Shown piece by piece: positions 39,315 to 49,773 of a DNA stretch of 64,000 nt. The DNA is from Acidobacteriota bacterium (GTDB lineage Bacteria; Acidobacteriota; UBA6911), in the NCBI GenBank assembly GCA_963664705.1, contig OY761556.1:1600001-1664000 (forward strand). The letters are read 5' to 3'. A program made the translations under genes and the position numbers. The number at the start of each line of letters is the position of its first letter. Position 1 is the first letter of the stretch. The notes beneath the pieces were generated by a model. That model searched no databases. It was given only the letters and a program-made list of their open reading frames with translations, and was not told where the DNA came from.

Positions 39315-40322
39315 TTAATCGCCCTGAGGTTTTCGTGGTGCTGCAATGACAACTGATCCGCAAGTATCGGGGATGGGAACCATAACCTCGGGCCTGCCTT
39401 TCATGAATGTGTCGACAGCATTTCTTGCTCCCAGTCGCGAATTGTAATCATGAACCACAATTCTTCCGCCGGGTGAAAGCCGCGGCAGAAAAAAGGCCAG
39501 ACCTTCATAGGTCGGCTCATACAGATCTGCATCCAGATGAACAAAGGCGAATGATTCTCCCTTCAGTTCGGGAGGGATTGTGTCTGGAAAGTATCCCCTG
39601 TGGAATAGGACATTATCGGAGAGAGGCTCAATAACGCGGCGTGCCAAATCAATGGATGTGTTATTGAAATCATCTTTGGAAACAATGGAGCCGGTAAGCT
39701 TCTGTTCTGCTTCAGCACCGCGGGCGGAGAAGCCCTCAAATGTGTCGAACAGGTGCAAGGGCCGATCCGGCGCATAGTGGTGCATGATTCTTGCCGTTTC
39801 TCCCATATAGACTCCCACTTCGGCAAATCGCCCGGGAACCGCGTCCTCCACGATGCAGCGCAATTGGAGCCACAGCATCAGTTGCCGCGTGCGGTCAAAG
39901 GGTGCATAGAAGGGAAATTCCGGCGGATTTGAGCCGGCACGACACTTAGGAAGGAGCCCTCCGGTAGCCTCTACCACGTCGGCTTTGTATCGATGAGCGC
40001 CTGGCTGGATATCCATCTTCCATTGAAGGAAAAAGGGAAAATCCCGATTCAGCAGCCTTGCCATGGGAACGCTATGGAACGGCCCTATTTTCAGGATGGA
40101 ATCGCGCACCTCCACGGCCTGTGTCATGACGCATATCAGAATCAGGGTGTCTTCGGGGTTCAGGCTGCCGAGAACCTTCTTGGGATCTTCGATTACCAGA
40201 CCATTTTTGGTTTTCCCCCATTTGGCAGGGTCCGAATCCACCAGTCGATCAATAACCCCATCGAGTGGGTAGTGAATGATCTGATCCAAAGCAACGCCGG
40301 CACCCCATGCGACAATATTCAT
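39315..40322 (-). CDS. TylF/MycF/NovP-type O-methyltransferase with N-terminal Rossmann-like domain
   Basis: GRFAEVGVYMG, FDTFEGF, GYFPDT, HLDADLYE and VHDY motifs. Confidence 0.88.
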   Translation of the reverse strand: MNIVAWGAGVALDQIIHYPLDGVIDRLVDSDPAKWGKTKNGLVIEDPKKVLGSLNPEDTLILICVMTQAVEVRDSILKIGPFHSVPMARLLNRDFPFFLQWKMDIQPGAHRYKADVVEATGGLLPKCRAGSNPPEFPFYAPFDRTRQLMLWLQLRCIVEDAVPGRFAEVGVYMGETARIMHHYAPDRPLHLFDTFEGFSARGAEAEQKLTGSIVSKDDFNNTSIDLARRVIEPLSDNVLFHRGYFPDTIPPELKGESFAFVHLDADLYEPTYEGLAFFLPRLSPGGRIVVHDYNSRLGARNAVDTFMKGRPEVMVPIPDTCGSVVIAAPRKPQGD

Positions 40323-40679
40323 AGACTCTCCGTTGAAGGGGCTCTATTAGTCATTCATTGAGTAATTCAGCCCCATGCTTGTACCCTGCCTTTCTATAAG
40401 CAGTTCGTCAGAAACGGTTATATTCGTTAGAGATTTCCTGAATTCAGGATTTGCCGGGCAGGAGTGGGGGATGGCAACAATCACTCAGTGAACGAGAGAA
40501 ATCGGGCGAAATTTTGCCGAATTTGCCCGATATGCCAGTGTTGCCGCCCTCTTGGAGTCGCCGGTTTCCGCAGGGCACGAATCCGAACGTCCGGACGCTG
40601 CCGGAATCATGTTCTTTCAGAATTGAATTTACTGTAACATCGCCCTAATCGCATTTAACCTCGCCTCAAGGAGGCCGCT

Positions 40680-41345
40680 ATGGCAGGCAAAGCTCTTTCC
40701 GGTTGGTACGATATTTCTGTTCCGCTCAAACAAGGGATGAATTATTTGCCCATCGATCCTGTGGCGCCCAAAATATACCGATTCAGCGATGTTGATCTCG
40801 GTGCGAAGGTTACCATGTCCATGCTGGAAATAATTTCTCATACCGGCACGCACATTGATGCGCCGCGCCATTTTATACCCGGCGGGTCGACGATCTCGGA
40901 TATGCCCCTGGATGCAACCATCGGGCGGGCGCGCGTTATCGACATCAAAGATCCACAATCCATTAAAGTGGCAGAGCTGAAGAAGCACAACATAAGGAAG
41001 GGTGAGCGTATCCTCTGCAAAACGCGGAACTCGCCGATTGTTTACGAATCGCCGAAATTCGTGGAAGACTATGTTTACCTGGATTCTGATGCGGCCACCT
41101 ATCTTGCGGAAAGGAAGATCATTCTTTTCGGCCTGGACTGCATCACCATCGGGGATATTCGCAATGAAGAAAGTGTGATGAAAACCCATCAAACTCTGCT
41201 TCAGGCCGGAATCTATATTCTGGAGGATTGTGCATTGGGAGGCGTGCCTGCCGGAGAATATGAGCTGCTATGTCTGCCTCTGTTGATGTATAAGGGAGAT
41301 GCAGGACCATGCCGGGCGATACTTCGCCCCCTGGATTCCAAGTAG
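40680..41345 (+). CDS. Cyclase family metal-dependent hydrolase (kynurenine formamidase-like)
   Basis: HTGTHIDAPRH, G(L)D, H...LL, ILE and DAGPCRA motifs. Confidence 0.9.
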   Translation: MAGKALSGWYDISVPLKQGMNYLPIDPVAPKIYRFSDVDLGAKVTMSMLEIISHTGTHIDAPRHFIPGGSTISDMPLDATIGRARVIDIKDPQSIKVAELKKHNIRKGERILCKTRNSPIVYESPKFVEDYVYLDSDAATYLAERKIILFGLDCITIGDIRNEESVMKTHQTLLQAGIYILEDCALGGVPAGEYELLCLPLLMYKGDAGPCRAILRPLDSK

Positions 41346-41396
41346 ACAAGTAAAACCGGCGGTTTGAACAGGGTTGGAAAGATAGGGAGAATAGGG

Positions 41397-43421
41397 ATGG
41401 CTAACGGATATACCGGGAAAATATTGCGAATCAATCTGACCAGCAGGGAAATCAGTACGATGGATACCGCCAAGTACGAGGAATTTGGCGGTGGCTATGG
41501 TATTGGCACGGCAATCTTCTGGGACCTGGCGGTCGCCCCGGGCCAATGGAATCTGAAGGATGCCTATGATCCCCAGAATGTCATTCCGCTAATGTCGGGC
41601 CCTTTAGCTGCAACCGGAGTGCCGAGTGCCGGTCGGACCAGTGTTTGCGGGCTGTCACCGGAAACTTTTCCTACCTGCGAATTCTGGCGGGGTAATTTCG
41701 GCGGGCGTTTTGGCACCATGATGAAGCTGGCCGGTTGGGATGGCGTCGTGGTCGAGGGCCGGGCGGAAAAGCCGGTCTGGATCAATGTCATGAACGATCA
41801 GGTGAAAATTGAAGACGCCAAAGAGCTTTGGGGGCTGGACACCTATGAGACTCAAACCAGAATTACATCCATGGTGGGTGGAAGAACACGCTTTGGCGAA
41901 GAGTGGCAGTCGATAGGCAGTGACTATACCACCGCACGGCCGCAGATTGTCTGCATCGGTCCGGCGGGCGAGACAAAATCCCGGCTCGCCTCCCTGATTA
42001 CCGGCAGCGGGATTAATGCGCGAATCGGCGGATACGGTGCGGTCTTCGGAGCAAAAAACCTGAAGGCCATCAGCGTTATCGGGACCGGCGGAGTGCGGGT
42101 CGCCGATCCCAAGGGGATCGTAGATGCCAGACTGCAGCATATGCGTGCCCCGGCATTTGGAGCCATTCCTTATTCGCAGCAACCGGGAGCGGCTTCCTGC
42201 TCGCCATGTCTGCGATGCGACCGGCGCAGAAGCAATTATTATGGTGGCGAGACCATGTGTGCCGATACGGGCTGGTTTTCAGGCGGCAAAGGGCCGGCGG
42301 ATAGAGACCTGGCATGTGAAGCTTTGATAAAGCATGGCGTCAGCAGCTGGTCCGCTCACTTCCATGCAATGTCGGTAAAAATTGCCGGCGCACCCGCGTT
42401 TTTCCATGGAGAGGTGCCGACAGACTCTGGCCTTGGCTGGTATCTCCAATACCTCACCGAGCAGGGGCTGCTTGGTCCGGGGAAGCAGATTGATTCCGCG
42501 CCGCTTCCTATGGATCAGCAGGGGGAGTTGAGCTTCCGATTGGCTTTGCTCGACGCGATTTCGCGGCGTGCAGGGATCGGCGATGCCTTGGCTGAAGGAC
42601 TGTGCCGGGCAGCCCAGAAATGGGGGAGACTGGAAAAGGATCGAGACAGCGGTGCCTTGCGTCTTCCGGCCTGGGGCGCTGCAAGCCATTGGACCATGCC
42701 CTTTGTTGAGTGGGCCTATGCTTACATCCTTGGCGCGGGAGATCCAACCTGGCACGGACTCATGGCCCCTACGGGAGTTCCGCGCGACGGCACTTCTTTG
42801 GAGAGTTCGCTGGAGAAATTATCCAAAAGAACCATTCCCTATACCGATGATCTTTTTATGTTCAACTACGCCTGGAAAGGGGAGGAAGCCTGGAAGACCG
42901 GTATCTACTCCCCGCATAAAGCCAAGCAGGTGGCCTGGTGCCGACACTATTCGACTTTCTGGAACGAATCCATGGCGTTCTGCGAAATGCTTTTCCCGGA
43001 GTTGGGCAGCTATAGTCCTGAGATGGAAATCATGTACTACAAAGCGGTAACAGGGAAAAAGGATTCATTTGCCGACACAATGCGAATCGGCCAGAAAATC
43101 TGGACCCTGGAACGAGCCATCCGCGTGATGCATGGAAGGAGCCGTCAGACAGAGGATTTCTTCCCTTATATGTATATGCCGGGAGCATCCGGCTTTGCCG
43201 TCTACGGCGGAGTGCCGATATACGAGAACGGCAAGTGGCGCAACGACCAGGCTCCGGATATGTATCTAGACCGGAAAGGAGTGGATGATTTTAAGAGTCA
43301 CTACTATGCGCTGGAAGGTTGGGATAACGAGCACGGCTGGCCGACACGGAAGACCTTGGAAGGATTCGGACTAAAAAGGGTAGCGGACACACTGGCCGCC
43401 AAGAATAAGCTGGGCGCTTAA
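41397..43421 (+). CDS. Tungsten/molybdopterin aldehyde:ferredoxin oxidoreductase family protein
   Basis: GYTGKILRINL, GGRFGTMMKLAGWD, CIGPAGE, GAVFGAKNLKAI and YYALEGWD...GWPT...L motifs. Confidence 0.9.
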   Translation: MANGYTGKILRINLTSREISTMDTAKYEEFGGGYGIGTAIFWDLAVAPGQWNLKDAYDPQNVIPLMSGPLAATGVPSAGRTSVCGLSPETFPTCEFWRGNFGGRFGTMMKLAGWDGVVVEGRAEKPVWINVMNDQVKIEDAKELWGLDTYETQTRITSMVGGRTRFGEEWQSIGSDYTTARPQIVCIGPAGETKSRLASLITGSGINARIGGYGAVFGAKNLKAISVIGTGGVRVADPKGIVDARLQHMRAPAFGAIPYSQQPGAASCSPCLRCDRRRSNYYGGETMCADTGWFSGGKGPADRDLACEALIKHGVSSWSAHFHAMSVKIAGAPAFFHGEVPTDSGLGWYLQYLTEQGLLGPGKQIDSAPLPMDQQGELSFRLALLDAISRRAGIGDALAEGLCRAAQKWGRLEKDRDSGALRLPAWGAASHWTMPFVEWAYAYILGAGDPTWHGLMAPTGVPRDGTSLESSLEKLSKRTIPYTDDLFMFNYAWKGEEAWKTGIYSPHKAKQVAWCRHYSTFWNESMAFCEMLFPELGSYSPEMEIMYYKAVTGKKDSFADTMRIGQKIWTLERAIRVMHGRSRQTEDFFPYMYMPGASGFAVYGGVPIYENGKWRNDQAPDMYLDRKGVDDFKSHYYALEGWDNEHGWPTRKTLEGFGLKRVADTLAAKNKLGA

Positions 43422-43453
43422 ATCGGTGAGGTTTCCGATTTAAGGAGAGTTTT

Positions 43454-44143
43454 ATGAAAGCACTCGGATTGATCGGTGGTACCAGCTGGGTTTCCACGAT
43501 TGATTACTATAAGCTCATCAACGAGATTATCAACGAGCGATTGGGTGGCGTTAATGCCGCAACCCTTCTTCTATACTCGGTCAATTTTGCCGAATTCCTG
43601 CCTCCAGCGGATGAAGCCGGCTGGCAATATTTTGCATCCCGATTCATCGCAATCGCCCGCAAACTCGAAGCGGCGGGAGCCGAGGCGCTCGTTTTATGCG
43701 CCAACACGCCGCACAAGGTCGCCCCGGAAATCGCGGCGGCCATAGCCATTCCTCTCATCCATATTGCCGAGGCTACTGCCAGGGAAGTTAAATGTCACAA
43801 GCACTCCACGGTTGGCCTTCTTGGTACACGATTTACAATGCAGGAATCGTTTTATCACGAGACTCTGGCAAAATATGGGATCAATGCTCTCATACCCGAA
43901 AAATCCGACCGAGAATATATCCATGGAACGATTCTGGGCGATTTTGCCAGGAACGTGTTTACGCCGGAGCATAAGGCTCATTATCTGGGAATTATCGATA
44001 AACTCGAGAAGGCTGGGGCGGAGGCGATCATTCTGGGGTGCACTGAGATTCCGCTTTTGATTAAGCCGCAGGATTGCCGGCTTCCGCTGTTCGATACAAC
44101 AGTCATTCATGCCCGTGCTGCAGTTGATTTTGCGCTTGCATAA
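43454..44143 (+). CDS. Aspartate/glutamate racemase family protein
   Basis: GLIGGTSW, catalytic CANTPH and GCTEIP motifs. Confidence 0.93.
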   Translation: MKALGLIGGTSWVSTIDYYKLINEIINERLGGVNAATLLLYSVNFAEFLPPADEAGWQYFASRFIAIARKLEAAGAEALVLCANTPHKVAPEIAAAIAIPLIHIAEATAREVKCHKHSTVGLLGTRFTMQESFYHETLAKYGINALIPEKSDREYIHGTILGDFARNVFTPEHKAHYLGIIDKLEKAGAEAIILGCTEIPLLIKPQDCRLPLFDTTVIHARAAVDFALA

Positions 44144-44162
44144 CCACAGGGAGCGAAGCTTC

Positions 44163-44189
44163 CGGAGTGCGGTGGCTTGCCACCGCCTT
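44163..44189. repeat. REP-like hairpin GGAGTGCGGTGGCTTGCCACCGC
   Basis: GCGGTGG-CTTG-CCACCGC stem-loop between convergent genes. Confidence 0.5.
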
Positions 44190-44252
44190 CTATCTTTTAT
44201 GATTTTCGAAGGCAGCAACAAGCCGTACCGCTCCCGGATACTCCCGAGCAAT

Positions 44253-45310
44253 TCACGGTTGGAATACGGCGATAACCCCCGCATGGTCGGAGGCATGAGT
44301 CGGAAATCCAAGTCCGAAAGATGCCGGGATGATCAGCTGCTTTGCACTTATGATGTCCATTCCTTTTGCGAAGAACAAATCAATGCGTTCAAACGGAGGA
44401 ATGGGTCCCAGATAAAAGGAGGGAGGCATCTGGTCCTCCAGATATAAGGGCCAGGTAGCTCCAGGATCCAGCGGATTGGCATTCTGCCATACTTCCGCGT
44501 ATCCGGCTTCTTGGAGCATGGCCACGGTAGCCGTGTTGTCCGGTCCTCCTCCCGCAATCCCAAGAATCGCATCCGAGTTGAAGTCTCCTGCAAGAATGAC
44601 TGGAACCGTTACATTGCGCAATTCGTGGATTAGTTGGATGGCTTGCGCTGTCTGAACCTCCGTTGCTGCCGGAAACCCAGGGACAGGGCTCTGCAGATGG
44701 GTGGTAACGAATTGGAAGTGGCGATTGCCGGTGTGAATGCTTGCTGATATCCATCCGGCGGGGATTATCAACGAGTTGAAGTCGAGCGCTGCGTCAAAGA
44801 TCCTGGAATGAACATCGGAAATGTGGAAAGCCGGCGGGCGCAATGAAGCTCGAACCAGCAGTGTGTCCCGATCGGTGAAACGGACCGCTCCAATGCTTCC
44901 GGGCAATGCAATATCCATGATGGTGTTGACTGCAACGATGTCGTAGGGCTCTCCCTTTTGATTAAGAGCAGCCAATAGCAGTTGGAGTTGGTCGCAGATG
45001 ACATTGGTCGCGGTTTCAACCGTTGGTCCGTTGCGCCAGAGTGTGACCTCCTGCAGGGCACAAGGTCCGGTTTCTCTTCGGCAATTTTTTCAGCGAGCAA
45101 GCCGGCACGTTCAGGAATTTTTCCATTCAGTATTTCGGCCAGGGTCAGGTCAACTCCGTCTGGAACTCCGAGACCGACGATGAATGCCAAATCTGTTCCG
45201 GCATCCATGTTTTGAGTCAGGATCTTGATGGTTGAGGGATTGCCGCCGTCTTTCGCCCAGGCGGAGACTGCAAGCAGAAGCAAAATGAGGAATAGGCATT
45301 TTCTAATCAT
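44253..45310 (-). pseudogene. Exported endonuclease/exonuclease/phosphatase (EEP) family gene with a single-base frameshift
   Basis: One frame gives signal peptide, LTQN and KPDLV; another continues LQEV...TTHL...AGDFN...RID...SDH. Adding one G near 45059 restores PDLVALQEV. Confidence 0.8.
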
Positions 45311-45664
45311 GGGACCTCCAATGAGATAGAACCTGCAAATTCTGCTAAATCGAAAGGCTGTGTTTGTGTCCGGCCCTTCCGCGGTCTGAAGCCGCGGTCG
45401 GCGATCAATGAAGCTGACTTGGGCAAATAGGCTGTTCTTAATGCTAATCAGGCGGAAGCCGGCTGGCAAGAGCTTACAGATTTGAAGCGCAAAAAAGCAC
45501 CTCAATTGAATGGGCCGAGGATTATTGAAAAACTCATCTGAATGCAAACTTCCTTTTGTAGTACGATAGAAAAATTCAACACGATTGTGAGCAGGTTCAA
45601 CCAGCAGGCCTTAATCGCGGCATGAATTATTGTGCCTAGGGATCGGTGTCAGGAGGATTTCACG

Positions 45665-46546
45665 ATGAAAAGCATTTTGCGAGGGTCATTATTGGGTGGA
45701 GCCATTTTGTTTTTGTTAGCGGTAAGTAGTACTGCAGGGATAGCGCAGTCAGGCGGCCAGACCTGTACGCGCGAAGGACTCGACGCCATCACCGGCAAAT
45801 TTTTTGCAGCGCTGGAAGCACACAGTCCATCGGGCGTACCGCTTGCTGCCGGGGTGAAATACACGGAAAACGGCCAGGCCGTTGCGGTTGGAAAAGGAGC
45901 CTGGACAACTGCGGGCAAGACGACATTTAAGCGAAAAATGATCGATACTCAAAAATGCGGGACCCATACACAAGCCATTATTGATGAAAATGGCAAGCCT
46001 ATGCTTTACGGCGTTCGACTCAAGATTGACAAGGAGAAGGTCTCCGAGATTGAAGCTATCGTGGTGCGAGGAAAGGAAGTGCTCGATGTCCAGGCAATCC
46101 TGGATACCAGGGATCAGGATTGGGAAGGCATTCTTCCGCTGGAGCAGCGAAGTTCGCGCCTGTCCATGATGGCTGTGGCGGATGATTATTTCGAACTGTT
46201 CGTCAAAGAGCAAAAGCCGAAGGTCTCGGTTCTTCCGTTTGCCAAAATCTGCGATCGCTGGGAAAACGGCATGCAGACGACCAAAGGAGGAACCAACCAG
46301 GGTGTAACGATGCCCGCTCACAATTGCTCGCCCAAAGGCTTCGCCGATATGACCCATAGTCCCCGGCGGTTTTTGGTGGATGTGGAGACCGGTGTCGTGG
46401 TGGCTTACACGCTTTTTAACAATACATGGCCTGATTTTCACATGTTCAAGATCAGGAATGGCCAGGTGGATTGGATCCAGGCTTATTTTGAATATGCGAA
46501 GCAGTACAAGTCGATAGGCTGGCCCTCGGAACCGGCATGCAAATAG
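45665..46546 (+). CDS. Exported hypothetical protein with two similar alpha/beta domains
   Basis: AGGAGG RBS, signal peptide, and repeated YTENG / RWENG motif. Confidence 0.7.
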   Translation: MKSILRGSLLGGAILFLLAVSSTAGIAQSGGQTCTREGLDAITGKFFAALEAHSPSGVPLAAGVKYTENGQAVAVGKGAWTTAGKTTFKRKMIDTQKCGTHTQAIIDENGKPMLYGVRLKIDKEKVSEIEAIVVRGKEVLDVQAILDTRDQDWEGILPLEQRSSRLSMMAVADDYFELFVKEQKPKVSVLPFAKICDRWENGMQTTKGGTNQGVTMPAHNCSPKGFADMTHSPRRFLVDVETGVVVAYTLFNNTWPDFHMFKIRNGQVDWIQAYFEYAKQYKSIGWPSEPACK

Positions 46547-46550
46547 CGAT

Positions 46551-46593
46551 CGGGAGCGCCGGACAACGTCATCGCGAAGACTGGCGCTCCTGG
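46551..46593. repeat. REP-like palindrome GGGAGCGCCGG...CTGGCGCTCCTG
   Basis: Imperfect inverted repeat between convergent genes; shares the GGAGCGCC core with the 13210 and 18983 copies. Confidence 0.55.
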
Positions 46594-46607
46594 TTTTTGT
46601 CTCGTGC

Positions 46608-46922
46608 CTATTTTGCGTACGAGCAGCAGTAATCCACGATTGTCCTGACCTGAAGCTTGAATCGGGAATCGCCGGGAACGTCAAATTTTGCCCCGGTTGT
46701 ATAGGTTTTCCAGACTGTTTCCCCGGGCAACTGCACATTCAGGTCTCCGCTCAAAATCTCCATTCTTTCGCTCACGCCGGTCCCAAACTCGTAGTCTCCA
46801 GGAAGCATAATTCCGAGTGTTTTCATGCTGCCGTCCGCGAAAAAAACGGTTCGGCTGGTTACCTTTCCCTCAAAATAAACGTTGGCCTTTTTCACCACCG
46901 ATACATTTTCGAACTTATCCAT
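46608..46922 (-). CDS. ppnP: Pyrimidine/purine nucleoside phosphorylase (DUF1255/YaiE)
   Basis: [27 protein letters not shown] and DYCCSY motifs. Confidence 0.92.
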   Translation of the reverse strand: MDKFENVSVVKKANVYFEGKVTSRTVFFADGSMKTLGIMLPGDYEFGTGVSERMEILSGDLNVQLPGETVWKTYTTGAKFDVPGDSRFKLQVRTIVDYCCSYAK

Positions 46923-47159
46923 AAGCCTTGCGGTCCTTTTTGAATTTTGGAAATCAGCCGGCAGGTGTTTGCCCTGGCGGCGTCATTCGAGTTCCCACAG
47001 GATGAAAGCATATCGTTTTGTGCTGCAGCGGAGCAAATGAATATGAGCGATGGCCTGTGTTTATGCTATTGATACAGAAATTTATCGGGACGTCTTGAAG
47101 CCCTTCTCCGCGGGACATATACTCGAAACATTTGGTGTATCTAAAAAGATGAAAGGGGA

Positions 47160-48377
47160 ATGTGTATGCGCCGCTTAGGACGGTCTGGGTGCTGCTGGAT
47201 AGCCCTGTGTGCAATATTGACCATTCTGTCTCCCTCGATGGAGGCGGCCAATTTTTCGGTAACGCTATTTACGGATGCAAACTCAGGAGGAGTGGCCGGG
47301 ACGGGCGTTGGAGTAGCAGGAGATCTGCGATCGGCGATCCTGGCTGCGAATGCTTCAGGGGGAACGGATGCAATATCCTTTGCCTGTGGAACTCCGCCCT
47401 GCACGATCACATTGACCGGGCCTTTGCCCCCAATAACCGAGAGCCTCACGATTGACGGGGGCACTTTGGGCAACATCATCGTGAGTGGCGCGAATGCCTA
47501 CCGGGTCTTCTTTGTTGATACCGGCACCGTCACCATTCAAAACATGATGATCCAAAACGGACGCGCACAAGGGGGCGCCGGTGGCAATGGCGATGGTGGC
47601 GGCGGCGGTGGCGCCGGCCTTGGTGGTGGACTCTTTGTCAACCAGGCGGGTGCGGCTGTAACCTTGACTAATGTTCGATTTGCCAGTTGTTCTGCAATCG
47701 GAGGTGCCGGCGGCAAGTTCGTTGCCCATGCCTATGCGGGTGGTGGCGGCGGGGGTATGGCGTTTCGCGGAGGCAATTCCACGATCAACGCCGGCGGAGC
47801 TGGCGGCGGGGGCATGCTGGGTGCCGGAACGGATGTTGCCGCGCTGGCAACTGGCGGCGATGGCGGTGCGGGTGGTGGTGGCGGCGGTGGCACTGGTAAT
47901 GTGGGAGCGGGTGGAAATGGCGGAGCTGGCGGCGGCGGTGGTGGGGCTGATGGTGGTACGAGGGGAACCGGCGGGTCTTTGGGATCCGCGATGAAGGGTG
48001 GGGATGCAGGAACCGGTGGTGGTGGCGGCGGTGGTGGCGGTGCCGCAGCTGGACCAGCCGTGTTTGTCAATGCCGGGACCTTGACAGTGTCTAACGTTTT
48101 GGCGAGCGACTCGGTGGCAACCGCGGGCGCTGGAGGTACTGGAGACTTGAGCCGGAATGGTTCCGCTGGAACGGCCAATGCAACGCATCTCTTCAACTAT
48201 GCCGGAGCTGTCAATACCTCGCCGACGACCGGTCCACTTGGACTTTTGGACCCGCCGGTGGCGGTGCCTGCACTTTCAACCGCAGGGTGGATCTGCCTGG
48301 TGCTTGGGATTGCCCTCGCGGCATGGTTTGCGATGTCGCATAAGCGACGCACGCCTACGGCTGGCAGCCCGCTCTAG
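47160..48377 (+). CDS. Gly-rich secreted beta-helix-like surface protein with IPTL-CTERM sorting signal
   Basis: Signal peptide, CSLREA-like GDLRSAILAAN, GGxGG repeats, and C-terminal VPALSTAGWICL + TM helix + KRR. Confidence 0.8.
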   Translation: MCMRRLGRSGCCWIALCAILTILSPSMEAANFSVTLFTDANSGGVAGTGVGVAGDLRSAILAANASGGTDAISFACGTPPCTITLTGPLPPITESLTIDGGTLGNIIVSGANAYRVFFVDTGTVTIQNMMIQNGRAQGGAGGNGDGGGGGGAGLGGGLFVNQAGAAVTLTNVRFASCSAIGGAGGKFVAHAYAGGGGGGMAFRGGNSTINAGGAGGGGMLGAGTDVAALATGGDGGAGGGGGGGTGNVGAGGNGGAGGGGGGADGGTRGTGGSLGSAMKGGDAGTGGGGGGGGGAAAGPAVFVNAGTLTVSNVLASDSVATAGAGGTGDLSRNGSAGTANATHLFNYAGAVNTSPTTGPLGLLDPPVAVPALSTAGWICLVLGIALAAWFAMSHKRRTPTAGSPL

Positions 48378-48407
48378 CCGGCTGCGCTGTAGAGAAACTG
48401 TTGTTCG

Positions 48408-48447
48408 GTGAAATTCGTGGCAGATGAAAAGTTGCCACGAATTTCAC
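48408..48447. repeat. Family A REP-like palindrome
   Basis: GTGAAATTCGTGGCA-N10-TGCCACGAATTTCAC, a perfect 15-bp inverted repeat. Confidence 0.8.
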
Positions 48448-48510
48448 TGGTTTGCCCGGTTTTGACTTGCCCAATTACTGCGGATCTTCATCCGCTTCAA
48501 ACGACAGAAC

Positions 48511-49059
48511 ATGCAACGGAGGGCTGCCCCGCTGAAGAAGCAATCAGACAAGCGGATTTCCGGATCCTTTTCGATTGGCAGGTTTATAGCATTCTATGTG
48601 CTTTATATTGCAGGAATGATGATTTTTCTGGCTGATCCCGTCGCCGGCTGGCTGAACCTGGATAAGGGATTCAGCATCGGCGAGGCGGTCACATCCGCGC
48701 AATTCCTGAGATGGCTGGGGATTCAGTGCCACTGCGATGGGCGCGTTCTTCAAATGCAAGGAGCCAGCCTGTCCATCGAATTCGGTTGTAACGGGCTCGA
48801 GGCCATTATGATTCTTGCTGCTGGAATCCTGGCCTATCCCGGGAGTTGGAAACGAAAAGGCTGGGGATTGCTGACCGGTTTTATTCTGCTGCAGATATTG
48901 AACTGGATGAGGATTGTGCTGTTGGCGGCCGCGTCTCAATACAGCCCGGCAATATTCGAAATTCTTCATGTTTATGTGGCCCAGGGAGTCATGATTGTCC
49001 TGGCCTTGCTTTGTTTCATCATTTATGTTCAAAAGGCCCCCGCATCCGATGGCGGCTAA
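48511..49059 (+). CDS. Exosortase H-like transpeptidase (IPTL-CTERM associated)
   Basis: Exosortase catalytic Cys-Arg-His in GCNGLE, LNWMRI and LHVY; lies next to an IPTL-CTERM target. Confidence 0.8.
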   Translation: MQRRAAPLKKQSDKRISGSFSIGRFIAFYVLYIAGMMIFLADPVAGWLNLDKGFSIGEAVTSAQFLRWLGIQCHCDGRVLQMQGASLSIEFGCNGLEAIMILAAGILAYPGSWKRKGWGLLTGFILLQILNWMRIVLLAAASQYSPAIFEILHVYVAQGVMIVLALLCFIIYVQKAPASDGG

Positions 49060-49642
49060 ACCAGGAATCACACTTGGAAAATTTGCGCTGATCTTGTTCG
49101 GCGCATACATCGTTTGTCTTATGCTGTGGCTGCCGCTGAAAAGCTACTATGCTGCTGCAATTTCCTATGGAGCCGCTCAGCTGACTTCCGTTTTTCAGGA
49201 AGTCAGCTATCAAAAGATGGAGGTCAGGCGAGATTCCACTGTCGTTACTTTTGACTTTCATCATTCCCTCCGAACCAGCTCCGGATCCTATACCATCAAT
49301 ACCTCTGCCTATGATTTCAGCATGCCGCTAATTCTTGCGCTGTTGCCGACGTTCGCTCCCTTTTTGACAACGAAATGCAGACCGCTGCTGATCATTGCGA
49401 GCGTGACGATCGGGATTCATCTTTTGTACATGGTGCTCTCCCAGTGTAACGCCATCAACCTGGCGCTGGCGCGCGAGGGATTTGGCTGCGGAGGGAAGGG
49501 CATGATTTCCTTCATGCGGGAGTGGATTGGATTACTCGTCTTGAGGTTTTTGCCTTTCCTGTGCGGCTTTTATTTGGCCGTAAATACGTCCTTTTGGGGG
49601 GAGTGGCGCAAAAGGCGTACCAGGAAGGACGGGATTCGCTAA
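49049..49642 (+). CDS. Exosortase-associated membrane protein
   Basis: Overlaps the exosortase stop; several TM helices; position matches the partner gene of exosortase H cassettes. Confidence 0.55.
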   Translation: MAAKPGITLGKFALILFGAYIVCLMLWLPLKSYYAAAISYGAAQLTSVFQEVSYQKMEVRRDSTVVTFDFHHSLRTSSGSYTINTSAYDFSMPLILALLPTFAPFLTTKCRPLLIIASVTIGIHLLYMVLSQCNAINLALAREGFGCGGKGMISFMREWIGLLVLRFLPFLCGFYLAVNTSFWGEWRKRRTRKDGIR

Positions 49643-49648
49643 GGCCTG

Positions 49649-49685
49649 AATTCAAAATTCCAGATCTCAGATTCCAGAGTTCAGA
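49649..49685 (+). repeat. Heptamer tandem repeat (GATTCCA-like x5)
   Basis: AATTCAA AATTCCA GATCTCA GATTCCA GAGTTCA; same family as the array at 19017. Confidence 0.6.
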
Positions 49686-49773
49686 GCAAGCCGGCATCGT
49701 CGCGCGCAGTGTGATCTCAATTCCCACAAACATAATTAAGACAGGAATCGGCAGACAGCCGATAAGGTCAGTT

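Noticed and set aside
47560-48060. Low-complexity GGC/GGT tract as a non-coding repeat
   Set aside because: It encodes the Gly-rich region of the IPTL-CTERM surface protein.
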